The notes beneath the pieces are model-generated. The model searched no databases, was not told the DNA's origin, and worked only from the letters and a program-made list of their open reading frames with translations. The position numbers were made by a program, and so were the translations under genes. A stretch of DNA of 64,000 bases, from the UHGV virus genome UHGV-1368192; one strand, 5' to 3'. This document shows positions 9,349 to 20,200 of the stretch, piece by piece (the stretch's first letter is position 1; each line of letters starts with the position of its first letter). The stretch is from a virus.

Positions 9349-12300
9349 ACCCATCTTCGGTAAGGACCTATCCTCCAGCGCAGGTCGTAGGTCTCAGGAA
9401 CAAGTAGACAATTCGTTCCGCGCAGCGCAGCTACAGTACGAGATAAACGCTGAGAAGTACCGCGCTTCAGCTATCAGGAATCTCGGTGAGAGCCTTGAGG
9501 GTCTCAATGAAGCTGAGAAGCAGATTCTGATCGACAAGGCGATCGCCGACATCATGCCTAAGGAGGAGAACCCCTTTGCAGATATCAGCTCCAACCCTGA
9601 TGCCGTAGGCGCTATTCAGGCAGACGAGGAGAGGTTCAAGGCTGGTAGTCAAGTTGACTATGGTCTTCTTGACAAGGCTGAGGTGTGGATGAATGCATCT
9701 ATGAATAAGCTCCTTGCTAACGCTACCCAGTCTATCAAGGCTGGGTCAGACGTTATCAGGGGAGCCTCTGACTACTTCTTCAGTGGGAATGATGTATCAC
9801 CTAATTACATGCTCAGTGAAGCCGTAGAGCGTGAAGGGAAGGGTGCGCTCTACAATATCTTCGGTGCAGGTAACAAGTACCTAGCTGAGACTGCTGAGTC
9901 TGCAGATAGAGCTATTCATGGTGCAGAAGCATCACTGGCTAGCCGAGGTATGGACTCTGGCTTCTGGCATGCTGCATCAGACATGGTGGGGCAATGGGGT
10001 TTCACCTATGGTGGTATGGGCACTGCTGCTCTTGGTCGTCTGGCAGGTGGTACCTTCTCAGTCTTCGGTAAGATTGCTAAGTCGGCCTCTACAGCAACTA
10101 GGTGGGCTAAGGCATCTGAATACACGAGGAAGCTGTTCTCTGCAGGGTCACATCTCTATGGCGCACTCAGTGAAGCCGCCGTAGAGTCGTACGGCGTGAG
10201 CAAGGCTCTTGAGGAAGCCAAGGGTAGTCAGCTCGCTCAACTGAGGAGCATGATGCAGAAGGACTTCGATCAAGACTTCTACTCCTATGAGCGTAAGTAC
10301 GGTGCCATCAAGTTCAGTGACTTTGCTGATAACATTCTTACTTCCTCAGGCATGGATCCTAGGCTCAAACGAGAAGTGGCCAACGTCCTATCTGGGAAGT
10401 CAGAGAATGCCTCTCCTAATGCCATAGCTGCAGCCAACGCTATCGTATCACAGTACAAGGATCAGGCTGAGAAGGCTATCCTGCAGAACGCCAGTGATGA
10501 GATTGACCAGCGCAATGGTCTTGCCTCAGGATGGACCGCAGGTCTCAACACCTTCATCCTCACCTTCATGAATAAGTACTCCTACGAGCTGGCCACTGAC
10601 AAGCTCGCTGGTGCTAACCGTCTGAAGAAGGCTGGTAGGTTTGGTGTTCTCGGTAGTACACTCATCAACGCTACATCAGAAGGTATTGAGGAAGTAGTAC
10701 AGGGTGGTATCAGCAAGGGCGCAGAGAGTCTCGGTAAGAGAGCTGTTGATGAAATGCTCCGCGCCTCTACCATCTCAGAACGTAACAGCACTTCTATCGG
10801 CGTCCTTGGCTCTCTTGGTGAGATTGGTAAGGGCGTGTGGGACACTACATTCTCTGCGTCTCCATGGGTTGACGAGGCTCTCCCTGCTATCGTCAGCACT
10901 CTCCTCATACCCATGTATAAGGGTAGTAAGATGGTTGGGTCAAGGGATATGGTCAATGAGAGGACCGATGCCTTTGGTGACCCTCGTGGTGAGAAGAAGA
11001 GCTGGTTAAGCAAGCTCTATGATAGTAGCCCCATTGGCTTCGCCGGCGTTGAGCGTTACCGAGACTACAAGTACAGCGGTGGCAAGCAGCGTACCTCTGA
11101 TGAAGCTATTGAGGCTATGTCCAAGATCATCAAGGGTAAGCACGACGATCTCACCAAGGAAGAGAAGAGGGTAATGACTGAGGTCTTCGGTCAGAACTAT
11201 GCTGAGACGGTCCATGAGACTTACCAGAGTGTGGTTGATGCTATGGCTTCAGCTGACCGTATGAACACTCTTCTTGAGAAGGTAGCTCAGTCCACCTCAG
11301 ACTCTACCGATGTCGCCGTAGCAGAGGAGCTGGCTAAGGCTCACAATGTAGCTACTATGCTTAGTGTCATCGGCAACAGCTCTATCGGCTTGGCTAACTT
11401 CAATAAGCGAAACTTCGGTCAGTGGACCTCTGACCTTATGAGGTCTACTCGCGAGTTCGGCGCTGACATGGGTCACGCTATCTCTTCCCTCTTTGGTGCT
11501 AACACTGAGGAGAAGGAAGCCAGGTATCAGGCTGCCGTTGCTAAGCGTGAAGCTGATAAGGCTGCACGTGAGGAAGCAAGAAGGTCTGAGTCAGATCCAT
11601 TCTCCGAAGTTCCTGACAATCTCAGACCCTTCCTCAACTTCCTTGATGTCAAGGAGACTGATGAGGCTACACTGGTCAGCATCGCTAGACAACGTATCGA
11701 GAACACACTCGATTCTGAGGAGAGGCAGAAGATGCAGGAGGCCTACTTCCAGGGCGAGGGATCTGACAAGCTCACTGAGAAGGCCATCAAGGATATTGCT
11801 GGTGAGATCAACAAGCAGAAGCATACTCTCGCTGACATCGCTGTCGACTACACCAACACTATGAGGTACCTCGATCTTGGCACTAAGGCCGGAGAACTCA
11901 GTGGCAGAGAGAAGAGTCGTATCGCCGCAGCTGCAGCTAGCTTCAATCACCTCAGGAGGCTCTCCTTAGAACACATGGATGCGTTTGAGGAAGAGGTAGC
12001 TGGTCTATACAAGGAAGCCTCACAGAGTCTCGAGAAGCGTATTACCGAGCTTATCAAGGATCGTGAGGATATGCGCAGCAACCTCAATACTGATGATGAG
12101 AAAAGGAAGAGTCGTCTTGAGGACTACATCGATCAGACTAACAAGGCGATCGAAGAGCTTGAGAAGCAGATGCGCGCTCTTGAGGAAGCCCAGAAGAAGT
12201 ATGAGGAATCTAAGAAGGGAGACTTCTCTCACGCCCTTGGTGGCTGGGATGAGTTCACCCAGAGATTCGACAGCTTCTCCAAGCTCAATGAAGCTCACAT

Positions 12301-15300
12301 CGATGCAGCCTTCATGGCAGGTAATGATGAGCTTGGTACTAAGCTCGCTGAGATGACCCTTGTTGATGAGAAGAAGTCTGAGAATGGCAAGCTGGCTCTC
12401 AGCTTTGCTAGGCAAGCTATGCAAGGTGTAGAAGCCCTTGACAAGATGCTCGAGGGGAAGAATAACACCGATATACTTGTAGCAAGGGCAGCTGAGGAAG
12501 AGAAGAGGCAGGCTGAGCAGGATGCGGCTGACGCTGTGAGGAATGGTGAGCCCAAGGAGGATGTTGACAGAGCCTTAGATAGTGCTGAGTCGAACGGCTT
12601 AGAAGGCGACGAGGTTGATGTCGCAAAGGCTGCAGCAGCTAAGGCCGCTGAAGGTGAAGGATCAGAACTGTCGAGGTACAGGTCCTCTGTCCGCAATGCT
12701 ATCAAGAATACCCTCAAGGGTAATGAGGACTTCATGGGGATACTTCGTAGCTTCGAGCTTGATAGTGATGCCATCGATAAGTTTATCGATGACCTCATCT
12801 CCATGGTAAACGATGTAGTCGATGTAGACCCCAATGGCGGGTACACCGATTACAAGGAGGCTATGACTGATGCCCTCAATCTTCTTACGGATCGCCAAAA
12901 CAATCCTGATCTAGCTAACCAGATCTTCGGGCTTAATAATGACGACCTCATCTCCGCTGTAGCTGAATGGATAAAGGGTAATATCGATGAGTTCCCTCAG
13001 GATCCTACCACTCCAGCGCAGACTCTACAAGGTAAGCCATCAAAGCCTAATGGTGAGCGCATCGTGGACTCTATAGAGTTTGACCAGGCTACACAGCATG
13101 ATATAGAGTCTGCATCTATTGGTGGCGTGACAGTCCTCAACTACAGCATGTCACAGCGCCTCCAGGAACTCTTCCATGGCAAGAATGCCATAGTCAACCT
13201 CCTGAGCAAAGGCAGTGCTACTATCAACACGTCTATCACCTTTGCTGATGGCAAGGCTACGATAAACGTGTCGATCAGTGCAGGGTCCGAAACATATGAG
13301 TTTAGCTTCAGCCTTGGGTATGATGATCTAAGGAATCGCCTGCAGATGGGTGTTAGCCTTAGCACTCTTATCGGCGACATCGTCAATACGATGGTTAAGG
13401 TCAATGAGAGGAATATCAGGAAGGCGTTTGAGGCAGCAGGCAAGGACTATGCAAAGAAGAAGAATGAGGCTAAGAAGAGCGCTGTAGGCAATCAGAATAG
13501 CGGTGAGAAGAACAACGAGGGTCGACCTTCAGATACTAAACCTAAAGTACATGAAGGCCCAGTTCCAGGATCTACAGAGCCTACATCTCCAGCTACCGAT
13601 CCTACAGATGATGATGGGAGCAAACCATCTCTTCCTCATACCGGACGACTCACGCTGTGGGATCAGTATAACCCTGGACTCAATGAGGCAAATCTCACCT
13701 CTCTGTCTGAAGAGTGGCAAGAGAAGATAAGGAAGTGGTATGAGGAAAAGAACGTAGGTCTCAACCTCAAGAACGCTAAGGGTAAGGAGGTCTTCTATGG
13801 CTTTGCTGAAGAGCTATCTGAGAATGGCGATGTCAGTAACTCCCCTATCGTTGTCTATGTAAAGGACGAGCAAGACCAGTTCGTGCCCATCGGTCTTCTC
13901 CCTGATCACACGACAGGCAACACCCAGGTCCTTATCGACAACATTCGTGCTGTAGCTACTGAGGACAAGAAGTTCGACATCTTCTCTTCCTCAGACCTCA
14001 ATGCTCCGAAGGCAGCTATCAGCAAGGTTAAGTACTCTCCATTCAAAGCCAAGCGTGTTCGTGGTGATAAGACTATCGACGCTGAGACTATCGAGAATGG
14101 TATTGAGGAAGAGCTGAAGAGAGGTCAGGTAGCTATCTCTGTCACGGCGTTCCCCAATGGGGACAATCCTCCAACGATCAAAAGTACCACTCACGACAAG
14201 GACCTTGATAGTGAGACCGCCGAGGTGATCGATGCGTTTATAAAAGAGAAGGAATCATTCCTAGCTCAAAATTACGGACAGACTTACCTGGTCGTTCTTG
14301 TCAATGGCAAGGATGGTCCTAAGCCTACACTGGTTGGTATTAAGGGCCGAGACTTGATCGTTGACCTCGTGCAAGGTACAGCAGAAGATAGTGAGGTTTC
14401 AGATCTGGCTGATGAGTACATGGATAAGCTCACAGAAGAGTTTAAGAAGGCCATGGAGACACCAGATGGCGAGGCTTCAGGGGTTTATGGAGAAAAGTAC
14501 TCTAGTGTATTCGGCAGCTCCTTTGTCTATTCGGTTAAGCCTCTTCGCGATGCTGATGGTAATGTAACTCAAGTTGAGATCACATTCCCCAAGCGACTAA
14601 ACGAGGGTAATATCCAGAGCTCAGCGCCTGTAGTCGTAGATATCGACCTCTCCTCAGGGGATACCATACAGGCTCTTGCTAACGCTATCGTCGATGCGAT
14701 GAAGAGTTCTGGCAAGGAGAAGCGTAGGACGGCTATCGCTGAGTCTATCATGGGGAATAAGGAGAAAGTTGAGGACGTTATGACCAGTGGCATGCGAATG
14801 ACTGAGGTGCGTGACGAGGCCGGCTTTGAAGCTCTCTCTGAGGAGAAGGGTGGTGAGGAAGGCAACAAGACAACTCCTGAACCTACTACTCCTCCTCAGG
14901 GACCTGAAGGCACGAAGACAATGCCTAGGGTGTCTACAGCTGCAGCGAGCAATGAAGGTAATGGTGACGGTTCATTCGGTTCCGCCGGCCAGGATTCACT
15001 TGAGAAGATCAAGGATGACTTTGCGAAGAACCTTGTTGACAAGGGGTACAGCGTCGTTGTCAAGAGCTCTACGTCTCCTCATATAGCAGCTGTCGATAAT
15101 GGTAGGATCTACATGTTTGAGATCAACCCTGTCGACGGCACGTACAATAAGGTCGAGTGGAGCGCGATGCATCCTACCCTCAAGGCTGATGCTTTCGCCC
15201 TTATCAATAGCGCGCTGTCATCAGATTTCAAGAGTAGCAAGAATGGTAGGCTCCTCGAGTACGGTGAGGAGATGGGTGGTTCCACTCATACTATAACTGT

Positions 15301-17128
15301 ACGTAGGTCTACCAAGGGTATGTCTACTGGTGGCAAGAAGAAGAGTAGTGGTAGCAATGCTGATAGGATTGTCAGGCTAGCTAAGGAAGAGAAGCACGTT
15401 GCGGCTCATGCTATCAAGACAGAGCCAACGCTTAGAGGTCTTGTCCTTGAGCTTGCAGCTAAGGGTGTCTCATCTGGCACGCCAATCTACTTCTCTGAGC
15501 ACACCATCAATGGCAAGACCTATGGCGGTGGTCATAAGGTTATCCTACAGGCTGAGGATGAACATGGCAATGTCCACAGTGTAGAGGTTGAGATCGACAA
15601 TGAGCTCGGTGCCAAGATGGACAAGATCGCAGAGGATGTGCGAGAGCTATCTGTCAAGAAGGTCTCCGAGGGGTTTGCTATGATCTCTGACGTGAAGATG
15701 AAGGATCTCAACAGGGATGTAATCACTGGCGAAGCAGATATCATCTTCCTCAGGAACGATGGAGAGAAGGGTGAGGGCATAGTCGCCGACATCAAGAGCA
15801 CTCTTATTGCGTCTGAGGACTCATCTCCAGCTGAGGCGATCCGAAGGAGCCAGCACGATGGTGTCTATGCTACAACTAAGTATAAGGCCCAGATTGATGG
15901 CTATGAGACGCATATCAAATCTCTCGGCTTCAAGATAGCTGAGCAAGGGTATGTTATTGCTGTCGGCTATGCTACAAGTAACGGCGCAACCGTTGTCGAG
16001 GCTATGTCTCTAGACGAAAAGGATCTTAACAGGCACAGGAAGACACTCAATCGCGGTACAAAAACTGGTCGTAATGGTCTTAACCCTAACGATGAGGTTG
16101 AGGCTGATCCTTACGAAGAGAGGGAAGCTCTTTTGCCATTTGAGCGTGGAGACGTATACAAGGAAGCTCACGATGTAGCTAAGCTCCTACCTCAGGGTCT
16201 GCTATACCAGGCTATCAGGATCCATCAAGGTATCGCTGAAGTGACTCCTGGTGTCTGGGGTAGGTACCGTAATGGCATTATCGAAGTTGCTAGTGGTGCG
16301 TCAGCTGGTACACTCTACCATGAGGCTATGCACTTCATCTATGAGAAGCTCCTAACGGACGCTGATAGGGGTATGCTAGTCTCAGGCTTGTCAGAGGTGA
16401 CTGAGGAACAGATCAGAGAGATCTTTGGCAACCAGATACCTATCGCCTACGCTCGTGATGTCAGAGAGCTCTCTGCCGAACTCTTCCGTCTGTGGATGCA
16501 GACTAAGGGCGACAAGAAGGCTCGTAAGGCTCTTGAGGAGAAGATTACTAAGCTAGCGCCTAAGAAGAAAGGCTTCTGGGGTCGATTGCAGGCCCTCTGG
16601 GAGCGTATCAAGGCAGCTCTGGGGTATACTCCCACATCGAGCGTCGTAAGCGTCCTGACGGGCATTGAGGGCGGTAACTACTCTCATGTGTCTGTAGCCT
16701 CAAGAGTGAACGCTACTAACCTCTCCTCACCTATGGAGGGCGTGGTAGAGTCAATGCTCAGGTACGGTCTTATGAGTGAGGAAGAGTTTAACTCTTCTTA
16801 TGATCCTTCCTCAATCATGGCCTCAAGGAATCTAGCTCAACTTATCCATAAGAAGCTCATGGAGCTTGCGTATGAAGCCCTGAGTGACCTCGAAGGCGAC
16901 AAGATCGAGACGAGCCACGCTGGTAGTATCAGGCGTAGAGAGGGCGATATTGACGATGCCATTGCTGTCCTTCGTGATGCAGCATCTACATCTGAGAAGG
17001 CTAAGCACACTGTTGAGATCATCGATGAGCTTGGTATCGATAGCCAGACCAAGACGGTCCAGGAGATGGATGCTCTTGAGGAAAGGACAGATAATCTCCT
17101 TGGTCAAACGCTTGCAGGCTGTAGGTAG
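9320..17128 (+). CDS. giant virion protein (2602 aa) with a C-terminal HExxH zincin-like motif
   Basis: 7.8 kb ORF with long E/K/A-rich coiled-coil stretches and PT-rich linkers. HEAMH lies within AGTLYHEAMHFIYEKLL near the C-terminus. The size is typical of crAss-like ejected giant proteins. Confidence 0.5.
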   Translation: MGRAKRKVFRPIFGKDLSSSAGRRSQEQVDNSFRAAQLQYEINAEKYRASAIRNLGESLEGLNEAEKQILIDKAIADIMPKEENPFADISSNPDAVGAIQADEERFKAGSQVDYGLLDKAEVWMNASMNKLLANATQSIKAGSDVIRGASDYFFSGNDVSPNYMLSEAVEREGKGALYNIFGAGNKYLAETAESADRAIHGAEASLASRGMDSGFWHAASDMVGQWGFTYGGMGTAALGRLAGGTFSVFGKIAKSASTATRWAKASEYTRKLFSAGSHLYGALSEAAVESYGVSKALEEAKGSQLAQLRSMMQKDFDQDFYSYERKYGAIKFSDFADNILTSSGMDPRLKREVANVLSGKSENASPNAIAAANAIVSQYKDQAEKAILQNASDEIDQRNGLASGWTAGLNTFILTFMNKYSYELATDKLAGANRLKKAGRFGVLGSTLINATSEGIEEVVQGGISKGAESLGKRAVDEMLRASTISERNSTSIGVLGSLGEIGKGVWDTTFSASPWVDEALPAIVSTLLIPMYKGSKMVGSRDMVNERTDAFGDPRGEKKSWLSKLYDSSPIGFAGVERYRDYKYSGGKQRTSDEAIEAMSKIIKGKHDDLTKEEKRVMTEVFGQNYAETVHETYQSVVDAMASADRMNTLLEKVAQSTSDSTDVAVAEELAKAHNVATMLSVIGNSSIGLANFNKRNFGQWTSDLMRSTREFGADMGHAISSLFGANTEEKEARYQAAVAKREADKAAREEARRSESDPFSEVPDNLRPFLNFLDVKETDEATLVSIARQRIENTLDSEERQKMQEAYFQGEGSDKLTEKAIKDIAGEINKQKHTLADIAVDYTNTMRYLDLGTKAGELSGREKSRIAAAAASFNHLRRLSLEHMDAFEEEVAGLYKEASQSLEKRITELIKDREDMRSNLNTDDEKRKSRLEDYIDQTNKAIEELEKQMRALEEAQKKYEESKKGDFSHALGGWDEFTQRFDSFSKLNEAHIDAAFMAGNDELGTKLAEMTLVDEKKSENGKLALSFARQAMQGVEALDKMLEGKNNTDILVARAAEEEKRQAEQDAADAVRNGEPKEDVDRALDSAESNGLEGDEVDVAKAAAAKAAEGEGSELSRYRSSVRNAIKNTLKGNEDFMGILRSFELDSDAIDKFIDDLISMVNDVVDVDPNGGYTDYKEAMTDALNLLTDRQNNPDLANQIFGLNNDDLISAVAEWIKGNIDEFPQDPTTPAQTLQGKPSKPNGERIVDSIEFDQATQHDIESASIGGVTVLNYSMSQRLQELFHGKNAIVNLLSKGSATINTSITFADGKATINVSISAGSETYEFSFSLGYDDLRNRLQMGVSLSTLIGDIVNTMVKVNERNIRKAFEAAGKDYAKKKNEAKKSAVGNQNSGEKNNEGRPSDTKPKVHEGPVPGSTEPTSPATDPTDDDGSKPSLPHTGRLTLWDQYNPGLNEANLTSLSEEWQEKIRKWYEEKNVGLNLKNAKGKEVFYGFAEELSENGDVSNSPIVVYVKDEQDQFVPIGLLPDHTTGNTQVLIDNIRAVATEDKKFDIFSSSDLNAPKAAISKVKYSPFKAKRVRGDKTIDAETIENGIEEELKRGQVAISVTAFPNGDNPPTIKSTTHDKDLDSETAEVIDAFIKEKESFLAQNYGQTYLVVLVNGKDGPKPTLVGIKGRDLIVDLVQGTAEDSEVSDLADEYMDKLTEEFKKAMETPDGEASGVYGEKYSSVFGSSFVYSVKPLRDADGNVTQVEITFPKRLNEGNIQSSAPVVVDIDLSSGDTIQALANAIVDAMKSSGKEKRRTAIAESIMGNKEKVEDVMTSGMRMTEVRDEAGFEALSEEKGGEEGNKTTPEPTTPPQGPEGTKTMPRVSTAAASNEGNGDGSFGSAGQDSLEKIKDDFAKNLVDKGYSVVVKSSTSPHIAAVDNGRIYMFEINPVDGTYNKVEWSAMHPTLKADAFALINSALSSDFKSSKNGRLLEYGEEMGGSTHTITVRRSTKGMSTGGKKKSSGSNADRIVRLAKEEKHVAAHAIKTEPTLRGLVLELAAKGVSSGTPIYFSEHTINGKTYGGGHKVILQAEDEHGNVHSVEVEIDNELGAKMDKIAEDVRELSVKKVSEGFAMISDVKMKDLNRDVITGEADIIFLRNDGEKGEGIVADIKSTLIASEDSSPAEAIRRSQHDGVYATTKYKAQIDGYETHIKSLGFKIAEQGYVIAVGYATSNGATVVEAMSLDEKDLNRHRKTLNRGTKTGRNGLNPNDEVEADPYEEREALLPFERGDVYKEAHDVAKLLPQGLLYQAIRIHQGIAEVTPGVWGRYRNGIIEVASGASAGTLYHEAMHFIYEKLLTDADRGMLVSGLSEVTEEQIREIFGNQIPIAYARDVRELSAELFRLWMQTKGDKKARKALEEKITKLAPKKKGFWGRLQALWERIKAALGYTPTSSVVSVLTGIEGGNYSHVSVASRVNATNLSSPMEGVVESMLRYGLMSEEEFNSSYDPSSIMASRNLAQLIHKKLMELAYEALSDLEGDKIETSHAGSIRRREGDIDDAIAVLRDAASTSEKAKHTVEIIDELGIDSQTKTVQEMDALEERTDNLLGQTLAGCR

Positions 17129-17147
17129 TCATCACCTGTAGCTTATA

Positions 17148-17192
17148 CAAAAAGAATCCCCCATCCTTCTTCAGGGTGGGGGATCTTTCTTC
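17148..17192. terminator. bidirectional rho-independent terminator between convergent giant genes
   Basis: Stem ATCCCCCA...TGGGGGAT (17155-17184). It is flanked by ACAAAAAG on one side and CTTTCTTCTC on the other. Confidence 0.7.
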
Positions 17193-17207
17193 TCTTACAG
17201 TTCGTGA

Positions 17208-20200
17208 TTATTCATCATCATCAGAGTCTCGGTGGAAGACTCCGTAATCGAGGACTGCATCACCGGCTAGGTTGTTGTACTTCATGAAGAAGTTATCAGG
17301 TAGCGGCGTGAGGTATGTAGGCTGGTACTTCTTGATATCCTTCATCTGCTTCTCGCGGAATGAGTCGCCCACGAATGGTATGTTGAACATGTTCCTACCG
17401 ATGATACCGACAACGAAGACATTCCAGAAGGTCCTGTCTGCAGGAGATCCATTCTCCATGTCATTCTTGTACCTTCTCCAGGCCTTGACAATGAAGCTAT
17501 CATCAGACTCCTCGATGTACCTGTTCTCGTTCTCCCACTCAGTAGGGTTAGCCTTCTTCTTCCCCTCCTGACTGTTATTCACGATCCTGTTGTACGTGTC
17601 ACCTATACCGCTAAACAGGCTCATCATGGTCTTGTACCCTGCTACACCACTAGTTGCCATAGACTCGATACTCTGACCGAAGTCCATCTTCTTCACGCCT
17701 GCACCAGCACCAAACATATTGTTCTGCACCATAGCCATAGCGAAGGCGATAGGATCGCCAGGATGAAGCTCGTTAGAACCAGCGCTGGCTAGACCGTAGA
17801 GGTCAGCGATGATGCCAAGGCTTATATCCTTCATCTGCTTATTCAGGAACCTCTTCGCCGTCTCCAACTGCTGAGATGTTGATTTATCTGCAGCCTCATT
17901 GTACCTTGCGTAGTTCCTCCTCATGCGATCATAGAGGTCTGTATGGATCAATCCGAGTTTAACAGCGTAGGGACCGAGAAGCGGGGTAAGGGACGTGAGG
18001 AAGTGCAAGGCTAGCTGAGCCAGCGTTTCATACCAAGGCTCATCATCATCGTCATCAGCAAAGCCCATGGTGAGCATAGCTACGTATAGAGTGTCAGTAA
18101 GAGCCCTCATGGCGTGCACGATCAATGCTGACCTACCGAGACGATGCAGGTTGTTAGCCTGCATATCTGACAGGTGGAACTTCTTCTGCACTGCACCTCT
18201 AAGCGTCTTGCTGATCATGAAAGGAACAAACATTGCCACTGCAGCTGTACCCAGCGCGTGCATAGCACTGATGCTATCCTTTCCATCTTCACCCTTGACG
18301 TGCATCATCTTCCACAAGGTAGTATATGCTCCTTCCTCAAACTCCTGGTTCTGCGCGTTGTACCTAGTACCCCTGAACATATCAGAGATAATCACAGGCA
18401 TCCAGTTGCGGAAGGTGAGGACTGCCCTACCAATAGCGTACGAGTTTGCAGCCGCCCTGTCATTGTCGTTATAGGCACCGAGAGTTCTCTGTGTACCAAG
18501 GAGCAACCTCTGAGAGTGACCGCCAAGCCAGTTGTACATCTCTTCTCTGTTCTTAGCACCAGAGAACGCTATAAGAGAATCCTCGACGAACTTGGTCATC
18601 CTTACCCCCTCGGGAGCTTTGAGGTCCTTCATATAGTCGTAGAGAGACTTCCCCTTGAACTTCTCCTTAGCCTCTGGGTTCAGCTCACCAGCCTCTACAT
18701 TGAGAAGATAGGCAATAGCGAAGCTCGTCTTCATCCACTCATCACCCATGGTTAGAGGAGCCATAAGCGTCTCAGTGGAGAACAAGCTCATCAGTGACCT
18801 GACCTGCGAGACATTGCCTTGCATGAAGGCTTCTCGTCCATCGTGGCTAGAGTCCATGAGGAAGAGAAGAGATGTGAGAGGATCCTCAACGATACCCCTC
18901 TTATTGAACTTCCACCTACTGGGGATCTCTCTATGAGCGAGAAGGATGGCCTTTACCAGTGATGTGGCGTTATATCCTGTACGACTATCACCTAAGGCTG
19001 TAGCCCTGAGGAAGCCGTTGATGAGGTTCTTAATACCTGACACAGCATTCAGACCAAGGCCTGTCACATAGACAAGGTCGTTGAAGGGATCCATCGCTGC
19101 ATCCAACCTCTTATCCCAGTCAGGTCTCTCATCATTGATGACGTTCTTCTCGTAGATAGTACGATTAATGTACGCATCATAGTCAGCCATCTTGTCTCGT
19201 CCGACTCCATTCTTTCTGCTGTGGTAGCCTCGATTCTCTACGTCAAGGATACGCGTCAGCTCTACGATATGCCTGATAGCTGCCATCCTAGTATAGTAGG
19301 CCGAGGAAGCAGCATAATTCTTCATCGCACCGATAGGGTCAGTGAGATAGTCTACATCTGGATTCTTCGACAGCTCAAGGCCAAACTGGGTGTAGCCCTT
19401 AGGCTTATGCACGAAGAGTAGCGTTCCAAGTGGGTCACGTGTATGCACGCCCTCATACTCCTCAATACCAATAACACCACCAAGGATTTTCTGCTTCCAG
19501 TTGATAGCTGCAACCCTCTTGATAGGATTGAGCTCCTTTGAGGATCCACGCCTGGCAAAGAGTGGTAGCTTCCATGGCTCGGGCTTTAACCCAGACCATA
19601 CATCCAGATCCTTCTTTATGTCATACAGCGCGTCGACAAATTCCTTCTGTCCATCACTGAGGTTATAGTACTCCTCATTCCTAAAGAAGTCCCCAGGTAA
19701 CGTCTCTACTATATCAGAGCCGTCTTCTCTCTGTCCAACGATGTACTCCTCTGTGAGCTTTGAGCCATGCTCTCGTTCCCACTCTTCCTTATAGTATTCT
19801 TCTAAGCCTCTCCTTTCTTGATGGACAGACTCATAGTCCATGTTGGCTTTGTGTATCCTTCGATACTCCGCCAATTTCTCATTGAGTCCTTTCTCTACCT
19901 TCTCTGCGATCTTCTCCTTCTCGGCTTCGAACTCCAGCCACTTGAATGGTGATACGATCTCACCGGTGATACGGCCATTCTTGTCACGTCTCAAAGACCA
20001 CTGATCCTCGTTCTGCAGATTGTGCTTCTCCTTGATCTCAGTGAGCTTGCTCTCTGTTGCCTGAGACCTGGCCATAATAGCCATGTTCCCTCTGTTCTCC
20101 GTAGCCTTGATGAATCGAGCAATGAGAACGTGGATGAGGTCTCCGTTGGTAGCTACTGGCGTGAGGAAGGCCGAGAACTTGTTGTTCTTCGATGAGTACT

